A stretch of 64,000 bases of DNA from Octopus sinensis (taxonomy: Eukaryota): NCBI RefSeq assembly GCF_006345805.1, contig NC_043001.1:96534001-96598000 (forward strand), given 5' to 3'. The notes under the pieces are model-generated. The model was not told where the DNA came from, made no database searches, and saw only the letters and a list, made by a program, of their open reading frames with translations. A program made the position numbers and the translations under genes. Below, piece after piece: positions 1 to 13,575 of the stretch; positions within the stretch are counted from its first letter, which is position 1, and each line of letters opens with the position of its first letter.

Positions 1-547
1 GCCAGGAAGAAAAGAAAAAAAAGAAAGAAGAAGAACGGGTTATCTCAGCAGGGAGATGATGTGCCGACTGCATGTCCCGAAGTTGTGCCACCCACGGTGG
101 AAGAAACCACCCCCACTCTTAAAGATGATCAATTAATTATCTTTTTCTACAAGGGCGGGGAGGTGGAAAAATAGTAGAAAATAGCATTGAAGATAATGAT
201 GAATATATCGATGGATATACCGAAGAGTAGGAGGTGAAAGACCCTCGTTACAGAGTTTGAAACCTCACCTCATTGGACTATTTTGTAGTGGTTTATAACC
301 TCAATTTTGTGTTTTAAGAGAGAAAAAAGAAAATATGTTAAGTAAGAGGTTTTAGTGCCTCCTCCTTGTAAAAGGTTCGAAACCTTATATTGATTTAAAA
401 AAAAAAAGAAAATATGTTTTCGAGAAAAACTCAATCGGCGGGTGTTGGGTTTCGTCTCTCATTTATTCATTATAATTCATTTCATTCATTAATGTGTTTG
501 TCCAGCCCGCAAAGCTCTTTGTACTGTCTATATGACAAATTTATCAA

Positions 548-1088
548 ATAAAGTAGCTTGCTTACGAACCACATGGTTCTGGGTTCAGTCCCACTGCGTG
601 GCACCTTGGGCAAGTGTCTTCTGCTATTGCCTCGGGCCGATCAAAGCCTTGTGAGTGGATTTGGTAGACGGATACTGAAAGAAGCCCGTCGTATATATGC
701 ATATATCTCTCTCTATATAAACGGCAGTTTGTCTGTGCGTTTTCTGTGTGTCTGTTTTCTCGTACCCTCACTCTGACCACGGCTTTCAACCGATTCTGAT
801 GAAACTTGACACACACATAGCCCAATGTCATAATTCAAAACTAACGCAGCGAAAATTTTGAAAAGTTCCCCCAGTTCTGAAAAAAATCGATAAATTCGAC
901 ATGGGGTCGAGAATCATAAACCCAAACCACAGACCGTCTAGGGGACGCAACTCCACCTTTTTTAACTTTCAAAAAAAATTTACCATCATTTTTTTTCCAT
1001 TTTTTTGCTATTTTTTGGCTATAACTCTCTAAAAATGCTTTATAGTTATTTCCCTTACAAACCTGAGCAACGCCGGGCGATACTGCTA

Positions 1089-1154
<66 letters not shown>

Positions 1155-1388
1155 ATTGTGTGTGTGTTTGTGTCTGTGTCTGTGTATGTCCCCCTACATC
1201 ACTTGACAACCGATGCTGGTGTGTTTACGTCCCCTTAATTTAGCGGTTCGGCAAAAGAGACCGATAGAATAAGTACTAGGCTTACAAAGAATAAGTCCTA
1301 GGGTCGATTTGCTCGACTAAAGGCGGTACTCCAGCATGGCCACTGTCAAATGACTGAAACATGTAAAAGAGTAAAAGAGGGTAAAGAG
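548..1388 (+). mobile_element. tRNA-derived SINE family A (head, internal (TA)n/(TG)n, 3' body ending AAAAGAGT repeats), interrupted by a Helitron
   Basis: Matches the full copy at 40383-40812: head ...GGTTCAGTCCCACTGCGTGGCACCTTGGGCAAGTGTCTT, tail GGCGGTACTCCAGCATGGCCACTGTCAAATGACTGAAAC. Confidence 0.9.
706..1089 (+). mobile_element. Non-autonomous Helitron
   Basis: 5' TC (TCTCTCTCTATATAAAC), subterminal hairpin CCTGAGCAACGCCGGG, 3' CTAG. Inserted between A and T with no TSD. The 3' ~130 bp is shared with 50019-50415. Confidence 0.85.
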
Positions 1389-2329
1389 TTAGTTCATTAA
1401 ATAGGTTTGACAAAACGACTCCAGCATCCAGTGTAGTCCTGCATCTTCCCTGGTCTTTCTTGAAGGTGATACGCTGCCTTCTTCGGTCTCCTTCTACTTT
1501 TTTATCCGTCTATGGAATACGCTTTTGTCGGAAAATTAAAGTAGGATGGAGGAGAAAAACGATTGAGAATCACTGCATTAAGCGTTTACTCGCAGATCTG
1601 CATTGTGCGACTATGAGGATCCAGTTCTTCCATTAACCAAATTATCTACTCCTGAGTATTATACAGATGTAATTCATATTAAGGATGAGTGTGACAAAGC
1701 TGTACCTGTTGGTTACAGGTAAATACACCCGACACGCATCTATACAGTTTCAGTCTACGCAACTTTAAGTAACATTGTGTGGGTCGACTCGAAGTAATAG
1801 AAATTTATATTTGCCCAATGCCATATAGTCGGATCGAAGCCGGGACCTCATCATTGCGAAGCAAACTTCTTAACCATTTGGCCAAGCACGAAGCATATGA
1901 GGAAGTACAAACAGCAATGGCATACAGCAGCAGCAGCAGCAGGTGCAACAGCAGCAGCGGCTTTAATGATTTCTATCAACGATACAAGGCCACCCATTTT
2001 GGAATGAGGCTTATACATATATATGTGTGCGTGTGTGTGTGTGTGTGTGTGTAAATGTATACGTATAAAGTATGCGTTTATATGTAAGTATATTTATACG
2101 AGCAAAACGTCCCCCGTCCAATAGACAGTGCTGAGTTGTCAAACCTTTAAACGAAATTCTCTCAAAACAACTTGTCCGACCGTCCCATAGGCTTCCCCTT
2201 TGAGAAACACTGATTTAACCTAAATTTGAGACACCAGCAAAAGAAGAAATAACGATAGACTTTTTTCTATTAAAAAACAAAAAAAAAACAAACGATTTTA
2301 TTCACTTTATCGATCGTATTCTGACATGG

Positions 2330-2476
2330 AATCGATTTTTGTAATTTTTTCAAGACTTATTATACACGCCCTGATACCGTCGGTATGTACATATCAAATT
2401 TGAGCGCAATCGGATGGAGGATGCCCCAGATCCTACAAGACACAGACAGACAGAACGGATTTTATATAATAAATAT
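2330..2476 (-). mobile_element. Probable Helitron 5' remnant
   Basis: Minus strand reads TATATAAAATCCGTTCTGTCTGTCTGTGTC...CCGATTGCGCTCAAATTTG, resembling the 5' ends of the other Helitrons here. No clean 3' CTAG was found. Confidence 0.4.
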
Positions 2477-2769
2477 ACTTCTACTACACCAACCGCAATC
2501 ACAGTAGCCACTACAAACATCACCAGTATTACCACCACCACTTTTACCTCAATCACCACCACCACCACCACCACTGCTGCTAATACTACTACTACTACTA
2601 CTATGGCCTGCTGATATTTTTGCTTTGTTTTCTGAGAAGTATTTTTTTCTAACTGCATATGAACGAAGGCATCGATGCTGCGAATGCATTTTAAAATATA
2701 AAGAAAAGAATGCACAAATGAATAAATACAGTAGCAATTTTAGACAGAAATAACAAACCGAAACCTTTG

Positions 2770-2801
<32 letters not shown>

Positions 2802-2933
2802 GATAATGCTAAAAGCAAACGAAGCATATTCAATGGATACACAATAATACATTACCTCCATGTTTCCATGTCTCATTTCGTTTTGCAGTCCACAACCAAC
2901 TTGGAATAATACAGTCATTTTTGTTAATTAAAA

Positions 2934-2964
<31 letters not shown>

Positions 2965-3895
2965 ATAATAATAACAATATTGATGATGATGATGATGATA
3001 ATGATGATAATCTAATAGAAAGAGCAAAATATAATATGATGCAAATAAAGAGAGAAGAGAAGATTGACAATAAATAACTAAAAACTCAAATTTAAGATGG
3101 TGAAAAGTGATTAAGATAAAATAAAATAAAATTTAAAACGCCAACAATATCAACGACAACGACGGAGAAAAATGGAAGATAAAAATAATGTGATTTTTAC
3201 ATTATTAACCACACTATTTTTGAAAATATGAGGAAACAATAGCAGAATAATCCAACCAATGAGAGACCGTCTACGTGATCACACATTCTGTTAGAAATAG
3301 CAACACAGTTTCTCTCAAATTATATTTTACTCTGTTTATGCATACATGCAACCCTACCACAAAAAAGACAAAACAAACTAAAAGGAAAGGAATTGGAGGG
3401 CATTTATAATGTCCTAGATACACTGTTAAAAAATGGCGTTTCAAAGATGGCTTTGTTCACTGCTGGTATGCAGTTGATCGTTATTAAATTTCTATATCCG
3501 AGCCTGCCTGGAGCTAAACAGCATTGACGACAGTAACAGCAATAAATAGAACCACTACAATTTTTATATCTATTTGTAGATAATAAGATCGAGAGTATAA
3601 AGAAAAAAAGCCTTTCACGAAATAGCAAACAGAAACAAAAAAAAACACAACCTGCTGCTCACGGGCTTCTCTGTGACATCTGGTAAAAAATAAAATAGCT
3701 TAAACTATCGTAGTTGTCTGCAATATGTTATGCACTAACTAACTCTATGGATTGCAAGTCAACTAGACGACCTATATTGTCCTTCAGCCGTTTCGAAATA
3801 ACAGCCAAATCTTCCTCGAGCACACTTTAAGGTTCAAGTGGGTTATGTAGAAGTCCTTGATTAATTAGTAAAAATGAACACAAAAAAAAGCAACA

Positions 3896-4317
3896 CTCTT
3901 TACTCTTTTACTTGTTTCAGTCATTTGACTGTGGCCATGCTGGAGCACCGCCTTTAATCGAGCAAATCGACCCCAGGACTTATTCTTTGGAAGCCTAGTA
4001 CTTATTCTATCGGTCTCTTTTGCCGAACCGCAACGTTACGGGGACGTAAACACACCAAGCGATGTTGGGGGGACAAACACAGACACACAAGTACACACAC
4101 ACACACAAACACACACAAACACACACACAACACACACACACACACACACACACATATACGACGGGCTTCTTTCAGTTTTCGTCTACCAAATCCACTCACA
4201 AGGCTTTGGTCGGCCCGAGGCTATAGTAGAAGACACTTGCCCAAGGTGCCACGCAGTAGGACTGAACCCGTAACCATGTGGTTGGTAAGCAAGCGACTTA
4301 CCACACAGCCACACCTG
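3896..4317 (-). mobile_element. SINE family A, near full length
   Basis: Reverse complement of the family A consensus with internal (CA)n. Confidence 0.9.
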
Positions 4318-6344
4318 CGTACTTTGAGATTAAAATATATTGCTCAGATGACACTATGCTTGAAGCTAAACGACATGATTGCCATGGCGGAAACGCTTTG
4401 CATCATAGGTCTATTTGATCAAGGACGGTACAAGAGCTGAGCAACAGCAATAACGAAACCCGTCAACAAATTTACTCGCTTACAAAAATACAGTATTTCA
4501 TGAATTTTATTTACATTCTGTTTCAACTAAGGCAACATGGTAACTTATTGACATTGGGTGTCAATGAAGGTAAGGTCATTCTTGTTTTTGTTGTTACCAT
4601 CTCAATATGGAGAGATCTATAGCAAGCAACATGAATATGGCTCAAGTCAATTGACCGCTTTGCTGTGTGTCCAGTAAAAGAATACTAAAAACAAAAGCTA
4701 AAGTAAAAATAGAAAAAGACAAAAAATTGAAAGAATATGTATGGTAAGAAACTTGCTTCCCAGCCACATGGATTCGGTTGTCTGCACCTTCTTTAGCTCA
4801 AGTGCCTTCTACTAAATCTCCAAGCCGTGGGTTGATTTGGTTGAAGGAAACTGAAAGAAGCCCATCGTATATATATATATACATATATAAAGAGGAATAT
4901 ATTTACACACACACACATACACACACATACACACACACACATATATACATATCTATTCGTGTGTATACATACATAATACATATATGTGTGTGTGTGTATG
5001 TATATGTGTATCTGTGTTTCTGTGTTTGTCCTCTACACCGCTTGACAACCGGTGTTTGTTTCCACACCCGTAACTTAGCGGTTCGGCAAAATGAGACCGA
5101 TAGAATAAGTGCCATGGTAATTTTTTGACTAAAGTCTTCCAGGCAGTACCCCAGTATGGCCGTAGTTCAATGACTGAATTTAATAAAAGATAAAAGAGTA
5201 AATACACACACACACACACACATATACGACGGGCTTCTTTCAGTTTTCGTCTACCAAATCCACTCACAAGGCTCTGGTCGGCTCGAGGCTATAGTAGAAG
5301 ACACTTGCCCAAGGTGCCACGCAGTAGGACTGAACCTGTAATCATGTAGTTGGTAAGCAAGCGACTTACCACACAGCCATACCTGCGTACTTTGAGATTA
5401 AAATATATTGCTCAGATGACACTATGCTTGAAGCTAAACGACATGATTGCCATGGCGGAAACGCTTTTCATCATAGGTCTGTTTGATCAAGGACGGTACA
5501 AGAGCTGAGCGACAGCAATAACGAAACCCGTCAACAAATTTACTCGCTTACAAAAATACACACACACACACACACATATACGACGGGCTTCTTTCAGTTT
5601 TCGTCTACCAAATCCACTCACAAGGCTCTGGTCGGCTCGAGGCTATAGTAGAAGACACTTGCCCAAGGTGCCACGCAGTAGGACTGAAACCGTAATCATG
5701 TAGTTGGTAAGCAAGCGACTTACCACACAGCCATACTGCGTACTTTGAGATTAAATATATTGCTCAGATGACACTATGCTTGAAGCTAAACGACATGATT
5801 GCCATGGCGGAAACGCTTTTCATCATAGGTCTGTTTGATCAAGGACGGTACAAGAGCTGAGCGACAGCAATAACGAAACCCGTCAACAAATTTACTCGCT
5901 TACAAAAATACAGTATTTCATGAATTTTATTTACATTCTGTTTCAACTAAGGCAACATGGTAGCTTATTGACATTGGGTGTCAATGAAGGTAAGGTCATT
6001 CTTGTTTTTGTTGTTACCATCTCAATATGGAGAGATCTATAGCAAGCAACATGAATATGGCTCAAGTCAATTGGCCGCTTTGCTGTGTGTCCAGTAAAAG
6101 AATACTAAAAACAAAAGCTAAAGTAAAAATAGAAAAAGACAAAAAATTGAAAGAATATGTATGGTAAGAAACTTGCTTCCCAGCCACATGGATTCGGTTG
6201 TCTGCACCTTCTTTAGCTCAAGTGCCTTCTACTAAATCTCCAAGCAGTGGGTTGATTTGGTTGAAGGAAACTGAAAGAAGCCCATCGTATATATATATAT
6301 ATATATATACATATATATAGAGGAATATATTTACCCCCCCCCCG

Positions 6345-6380
<36 letters not shown>

Positions 6381-6695
6381 CACGCACACACACGCACGCA
6401 CACAACACACACACACAATATATACATATATTATATACATATCTATTCGTGTGTATACACACATAATACATATATATGTGTGCGTGTGTGTGTGTATGTG
6501 TATCTGTGTTTCTGTGTTTGTCCTCTACACCGCTTGATAACCGGTGTTTGTTTCCATACCCGTAACTTAGCGGTTCGGCAAAATGAGATCGATAGAATAA
6601 GTGCCATAGTAATTTTTTGACTAAAGTCTTCCAGGCAGTACCCCAGTATGGCCGTAGTTCAATGACTGAATTTAATAAAAGATAAAAGAGTAAAT
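4140..6695. repeat. Local segmental duplication with A-B-A-A-B layout
   Basis: Block A (~4140-4490) recurs at ~5203-5560 and ~5557-5910. Block B (~4490-5203, containing a + strand SINE A) recurs at ~5910-6695. Copies are near-identical. Confidence 0.9.
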
Positions 6696-7029
6696 ATAGA
6701 TGCAGTCAACTTACGTCACCATTATATATAAAAAAAAGATATTAAAAAATCATTGGTTTCGTCTCGAAAAAGGAGTTGTGTGACCATGTCCATCGCAGAA
6801 TCTCAAACCGGATCAGATCATCGCGTAAACCCAGTCTGTCGATTAGCACTACTGATGATATACACTACTGATGAGTACAAGCTGTCGTGTTGCCAGGTTA
6901 TCGGTGACTAAACTGGTAACCCTAGCAAGAATATTTAGTGGGAAGGGTGCTTTATTGGATATCCTGTGGGACGAAAAACAGAACCTGTCAGAGAGAGGAG
7001 GAACGCAAGAGACTCAACGGCCATTCGAT

Positions 7030-7281
7030 AATGTGCTGGTGGCATGTGTAAAAAGATTCGAGCGAGGTCGTTTCCAATACCGCCTGACTGGCCCCCGTGC
7101 TGGTGGCACGTAAATGTACCCACTGCCCTATCGGAGTGGTTGGCATTAGAAAGGGCATCCACCTGTAGAAACTCTGCCAAATAAAGATTGGAGCCTGGTG
7201 CAGCCATCTCGTTCGCCAGCCCTCAGTCAAAATCGTCCAACCCATGCTAACATGGAAAGCGGACGTTAAACGATGATGATA

Positions 7282-7349
<68 letters not shown>
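7030..7349 (+). mobile_element. 3' part of a SINE/RTE-type retroelement ending in a (GAT)n tail
   Basis: GGCATTAGAAAGGGCATCC...CCCATGCTAACATGGAAAGCGGACGTTAAACGATGATG followed by a long (GAT)n. Confidence 0.6.
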
Positions 7350-7350
<1 letters not shown>

Positions 7351-8744
7351 GTGATCTAGTGTTTGGGGTGTTGATCGAGAGATCTTACTTTAGATTCTGA
7401 AACCGGCTGAGCGTTGTGTTCTTGTGCTAAACACTTCACACCATGTTGGTCCTGTCCGCTCAGCTTCAAATGGGTAAACCCTGAAACGGATTGGCGTTCA
7501 AGAACGAAACGATGACCCAGGAACGGAAGTCTCGAGAGCGATCAAAATGATGTATAGCACACCCCGTACTGTAAATATCATATGATTTGGGACTTGTTAT
7601 TCAACCACATCAAAGTTTGACTGAATGGCTGGACGCCAATTTATTTCAGTCTCACGGGTTATCACTCTTTCTGAAGTCTCCGTTCAATTTATTGAGGCGA
7701 GAAAGTTCTTGTACCAATCGACACTCATATATTGGAGATCTAACACCGTTATTCGGATCCTAAAGGGACCATTTAGCCGTCACGAAGAGGCCAGCAATGA
7801 GAGGTGGATTTGAATTGAAAACACAACGAGGCGGATCAGATATCACATGATATCTCTCTCAACCCTTTGACAATTTGGCCAAGATTAACACATTAAGTTT
7901 AACTACTACTGTATTTATTAAATCAGAAAGCATGAAATGCAAATAGGAGCTCAATGGCCAACTTTGAAGTTAAACTTGACCGCTGCGGTCATTTGAAACT
8001 TAAAGGCAAATTTGACCTCAGTAATATTTGACAAAAGCTCTAGATGGATTTGAAACCATAAACATCTAGTAACAAACCAAATAGTATAAGCCATCTTCAT
8101 CCTATGTATCAACTCTATCTTTGATGACTCTACGTGCAAGCCTCTATACTGGCTCAGCTTCTTCGTGGCTTGAAGAAATGCCGCCAGGCATTCTTTCCAA
8201 CGCTCCTATACTGCTATTTAGCTGCATCTAACTCATAAATGCGCCATTGAGTCTACAAAACAGGTACCAAAAATTTTACAATTTATTTCAGTTTAAATTC
8301 TGTTCACATATTAAATTTTACGTGAATCCTAATATCATTAATGGTTAATCATCCTCATATTAATGTTGTTTTTGTGAATAACATTTTTGTCTTATTTAAA
8401 TCCAATTAATTATTGAATGAAATTTTAAACCATATGCGTAAATAGGTTAGAGGCAATGAACTGGCTGGGTCATTAGAACATCGAATGAAATGTCGAATAT
8501 CATAGAGAAAGTGTTGCCGAATCGCTGCGTTTTGAGTTCAAATTCTGTTTAGGTTGACTATGTTGTTAATTCTGTTAAAGAACGAAAAAAGCAAGCGAAC
8601 ATTAAGCAGAACTTTGCATCAATAACAAATAATTTAAATTAACTTCGATTAGCTAAATAGTTTGAACAGCTTAAAATATAATTGACTCATCTACAAATAT
8701 AATTTAACAACTACCTTGACTTTGAAACTCGTAAATCTCCTTCT

Positions 8745-9790
8745 TATTCAAAGCACAAGGCCTGAAATTTTAGGGGGAGGGGGCTAGTTGCTTACATCAA
8801 CCCCAGTGCAAAATTAGCACTTATTTCATCGACCCCGAAAGGATGAAAGGCAAACTGGACATCGGTAGAATTTGAACTCAGAACATAAAAATGGACGAAA
8901 TGCAGCAAAGCATGTGTTCGTCTGGTGTGCTAAGGATTCTTATCTACTTTAGGAACAAGGGCCTACATTTTGAGGGGATGGAGCCAGTCGATTAGTTCGA
9001 CCCCAATGTAACATTGACGCTTATTTCATCGACCCTGAAAGGATGAAAGGCAAAATGGACATAGGAGGAATTTGAACTCAAAACGTAAAAATGGACGAAA
9101 TAGGGCTAAGCGTTGTTTCCGTCTGGCATGCTAAGGATTCTGCCAGATCGCCGCCTTATGGCAACGTGTAGTATAAAACTCCTGTGAATATTCTTTTCTA
9201 CTCTAGGCACAAATCCCGAAAGTTTTGGGGAGGGGACCAGTCGATTAGATGGACCGCAGTACGCAACTGGTATTTATTTATCGGCTCCGAAAGGATGAGA
9301 AGCAAAGTCGACCTCGGCGGAATTTGAACTCAGAACGTAAAGACAGACGAAATAACGCTAAGAATTTCGCCCGGCGTGCTAACGTGTCTGGCATCTCGCC
9401 GCATTAAGAAGCTGTGAATATTTATTTCTTTATTGCCCACAAGGGGCTAAACATAGAGAGGACAAACAAGCACAAAGGGATTAAGTCGATTACACCGACC
9501 CCAGTGCGTAACTGGTATTTAATTTATTGACCCTGAAAAGATGAAAGGCAAAGGTGATCTCGGTGGAATTTGAACTCAGAACATAAAGACAGCTAAGCAT
9601 TTTGCCCGGCGTGCTAGCGTTTCTTATTTCTTTACTACCCAAAAATGGCTACACACAGGGGAGACAAACAAGGACAGACAAACGAATTAAATCGATTATA
9701 TCTACCCCAGTGTGTAACTGGTACTTATTTAATCGACCCCGAGAGGATGAAAAGCAAAGTCGACCTCGGCAGAATTAGAACTCAGAACGT
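8745..9790 (-). mobile_element. Cluster of tandem/partial SINE family B copies (Meta-domain-like)
   Basis: Five repeats of ATCGACCCCGAAAGGATGAAAGGCAAAGTCGACCTCGGCGGAATTTGAACTCAGAACG. The reverse strand GCCTTTCATCCTTTCGGGGTCGATAAA-AGTACCAG resembles the MetaSINE central domain. Confidence 0.85.
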
Positions 9791-9925
9791 ATAATTTAGG
9801 ATAAAGAAAGTAAAGATTAAATTTTAGCACACATTTTATTATAACAAGAAGATAAAATATAACAGCGAGTACCTTCTGAAGTTGAGTTAAGATAAGAATG
9901 TTTAATTTATTTAAAAAAAATTTTC

Positions 9926-10310
9926 TTAACACAAATTGTATGCAATACTTGTTAAAAATTGCTGAGGGTTTTCATTTTGATATTCCCGAACTAGCTTCTT
10001 CAGTCGTGCATCAGTAATTTCAAAGGTCTTTTTTTTTTTTGAGTCTCCACGTCGAACGAGTCCAATTTTTGTCTGGCTTGATCTTTCCACGGATTTAAGG
10101 CTAGTACATAGTTTCCCCAAATTTGGATGTGTGGATGTTAGTGATGAGCGTAAAGCATTGTGGAACCCTTCTAAATAATGATTTGATAATAATAATAACA
10201 ATAATAATAATAATGATAATTTCACCTATGGTGAAATTTACTATGGTGGAATATACCGTGGTGGAATTTACTTATGGTGAAATTTACCTCGTGGAATTTA
10301 CCGGTCACCG
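9926..10310 (-). mobile_element. MULE/Mutator-type transposase C-terminal fragment plus TIR-like tandem subrepeats
   Basis: NHYLEGFHNALRSSLTSTHPNLGKLCTSLK...QFLTSIAYNL matches the NNxxEGWHN...HPNxWK pattern of MULE transposases. 10219-10310 has ~15-bp GGTGAAATTTAC subrepeats. Confidence 0.65.
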
Positions 10311-11645
10311 TTCATTCACATTTCATCCATGGCCATCCCGTCTCTAACTCATGCTCGGCACGAAGGACTGTATTTTGCAGCGTATGTCTTTAGTGAAAAG
10401 ACATGTCGTAAGCTAAAGGTGTTTATAGGTCTCTCAATTACTTTGACTTAATGATATCTACAAATCTCATTTTACAATTTGGAAAGTCAAGATAAGAAGT
10501 GTAAATTATATTTTCAGATGTTTAAACTATTTAGTTGATCTAAATTAATCTAAATTGTCAGTTTTTGAAGCAGTGCTTTGTTTAATGTTCAGTTTTCATC
10601 TCTCCCCACCTTTCTCTGTCTCTCTTTCTCCTATTGCCTCTGTGTCTCACTTAATTTCAAACCGGATTAGATAAACACTTAAACTAGACGTTGCTAATGA
10701 TGAAGTCTTTTAACAATTAAGGGCACAGAATTTTCTATTTATTAATCCGGTCAAATGTTTGTTTTATTTTAACGAAGTAAATATTCAAGTTATTTACTGT
10801 TAATTGAGCTAACGAAGGAGTTTCTCAATGTGGTCTCTTTGACTGTTAGAAATAGCAGCTAAATTTTCTTCTTCAAATTTTACCTCAATGTCTTAAAACA
10901 GAGAACATGCTTCACAATGTAGTCAAAGGCACAGATCAAGGTCAGGATGTTTTTTGATTACGAGTTTAGTTGAAATTAAATAACAATAACAAAGAAAACA
11001 ACAGCAAAACCCGTTGGCTGATTACATTTCCATTCAGAGAACATTTTTATTGGCACTACTGTCACTTTTGCAGTTGTTGTCGCTATGGTATAGCCCAGGA
11101 CAGCCCTGATCGAGAAAACCTAAGGTCAAAAGCATTCCAACAAAGATGGGAGTTTCTCATGTAATGGCGATAATCTTTATATTACTAGTGCTGGTGCTAT
11201 TTCGGAATACACATATTTCATCGATTCTAGGTCGAGGAAATCAGTACCACTTGAGTACCATACTTGACTTATCCAGTCCCCCAAATTGCTGGCCTTGTGC
11301 CAAAATTTGAAACCAATATGTATATATATATATAGGGAGAGAGAGGTCATGAGAGGTAATGGTGTAAGGACCTTACAAATACATTCCCTACTTTTAGATC
11401 ACTTTAAATAAACCCTCCATTCAATAGCACTGTGTACAAACTCTATACTTGGAATGACCAATTTTAAGTACTATTGGAATTTACTCACATGGTATTGGAA
11501 TCTTATATGTATACCATTCTGCCTAAATAATGAATCTACAAATGCAATATCCCTGCATATCTCACATCTATTTTCATTCCTCCATTTCACTCTCTATTTC
11601 ATATTTTATCTAAATTAACTATTGCTTAAACCATTTTCTCACACC

Positions 11646-11693
11646 GTCTCCGATGAAGGGATATAATAAATATCCTGAAAACAGGTGTAAAAC
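11646..11693 (+). ncRNA. Degenerate minimal hammerhead ribozyme motif (U4C core)
   Basis: GTCT CCGATGA A GGGATAT aataa ATATCCT GAAA ACAGGTGTA: 7-bp stem II, mutated stem III/I. Same family as 26773-26817. Confidence 0.55.
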
Positions 11694-12059
11694 TGTCTCT
11701 TTATAAGTGTTCTAAAATCTTTACAGCCTTGGTTTTTTTTATCTCATTCTGAATTTTTTTTTTATATGTATATATATATATAATGGAATAATTTCTATGA
11801 AGCATTGTGTAGAATATATTGTATAAAGGATCATGGCTAAGGCCAAAACAATGCGAATTAAATGCAAGGTAAATCACAAGAAAATAAATATAATGTAGAC
11901 TCATCTTGTATTCAATATTTCGGGGTTATGACCCCATTTTCAAGAAAATAAACGAATGTTACCAATGTGCGTATGTATGAGCATGTGTGGAGTGCACGTT
12001 CTTGTGATTTACCTTGCATTTACTTCGCATTATTTTGGCCTATATATATATATATACAT

Positions 12060-12257
12060 GAGGCCAGCTTAGACTGATGGAGAAAATGCTTAGCGACATT
12101 GTGCCTGTTTTTCGTTGTGAGTTCAAATTCTGCCGAAGTCGACTTTACTTTCCATCGTTTCGGGGTTTGAAAATAGGTACCAGTTGAGTATTGGGTTTCA
12201 ATGTACTCCACTAGTGCCCCGAGGAGAAATTTTGAGCCTTGTGCCTATATTAGAAAT
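12060..12257 (+). mobile_element. Degenerate SINE family B
   Basis: TGAGTTCAAATTCTGCCGAAGTCGACTTTACTTTCCATCGTTTCGGGG...GCCTTGTGCCTATATTAGAAA. Confidence 0.75.
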
Positions 12258-12281
12258 TATATATATATATACATACATACA

Positions 12282-12390
<109 letters not shown>

Positions 12391-13540
12391 GCACAATCTT
12401 CAGTGTATGATATACGATAGATGATTTTCACATGCGCACACGCACATATCACACAGAAAAGCAGACATAAATGTTTAAAGATTGTTAGGTTTAGACACGT
12501 TCTTTATAATCGCCGCTGTCGACAATTATTTAATCTGATCTGCTCTGTCGATTTCAAATGGAAAATCCTTAACACTTTGATGTGTCAGAAATGAATCGCT
12601 ACCAAAGCGATGATAAGCTCATAAGAGACGAAAGATCCATACTTAATCCAGAACAGTTTGGCGAAATGATCGATTAATATTTTAATTTAGATAGTCTATT
12701 AATTGCCACCTGAATGATCAGGTTCAGTGTCTATTAGGAGAAGAGCTTAACAGTTCACAATTTAAATACATTGAGTATGCATTTCAATATAAAAGCTGAT
12801 AATTATCCGCTTTGGCGATTATGATATGGAAATTTAGAAATGATATTTATACACACGCATACATACATACATACATACATACATACATACATACATACAT
12901 ACATACATACATACATACATACATACATACATACATGTGTGTATATATATATGTACATAATACATAGTATGAATAAATAGTTAAATAGGTTAATACAGAA
13001 TATACATACATACATACATACATATACATATATATATATGTATATGTGTGTGTGTGTGGTGTGTGTGTGTGTGTATACACAGTATATTTGCTCTACAGTG
13101 TTAGGTATACACACTCTTCTCATACGAACATATATACATATATATATGTGTATGTATACACACACACATATATATGCATATAGACAAATAAATAACTATA
13201 TATATATGTATATATAAATATGTATGTACTCACAGACAGAGAGAGAGAGGTGGGGGAGAGAGAGAGGTGGGGGAGAGAGAGGGGAGAGAGAGAGAGAGAG
13301 GGGAGAGAGAGAGAGTTCAAGCGAGTGGAAAAGGAACAGTCAAATAGACAGATAATAACAGATATAGAGAATAAGAAGAAATGAGCAAGATATTCCAGAA
13401 TTGATTGGAATATATTGAGGAAAAGGTTGAGAAAGAAAAATGAAAGAGATATAGAGAGATAAAGCGATAGCCTGATAAACTGATCACCGTTTTGATAAAG
13501 ATGAAAGTCGTCACAATCAGAAGTTTTAAACAGTGATTGC

Positions 13541-13575
<35 letters not shown>

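Noticed and set aside
6334-6379. Poly-C run / G-quadruplex or poly-Gly ORF
   Set aside because: The paralogous block has (CA)n at this position, so it is probably a sequencing artefact.
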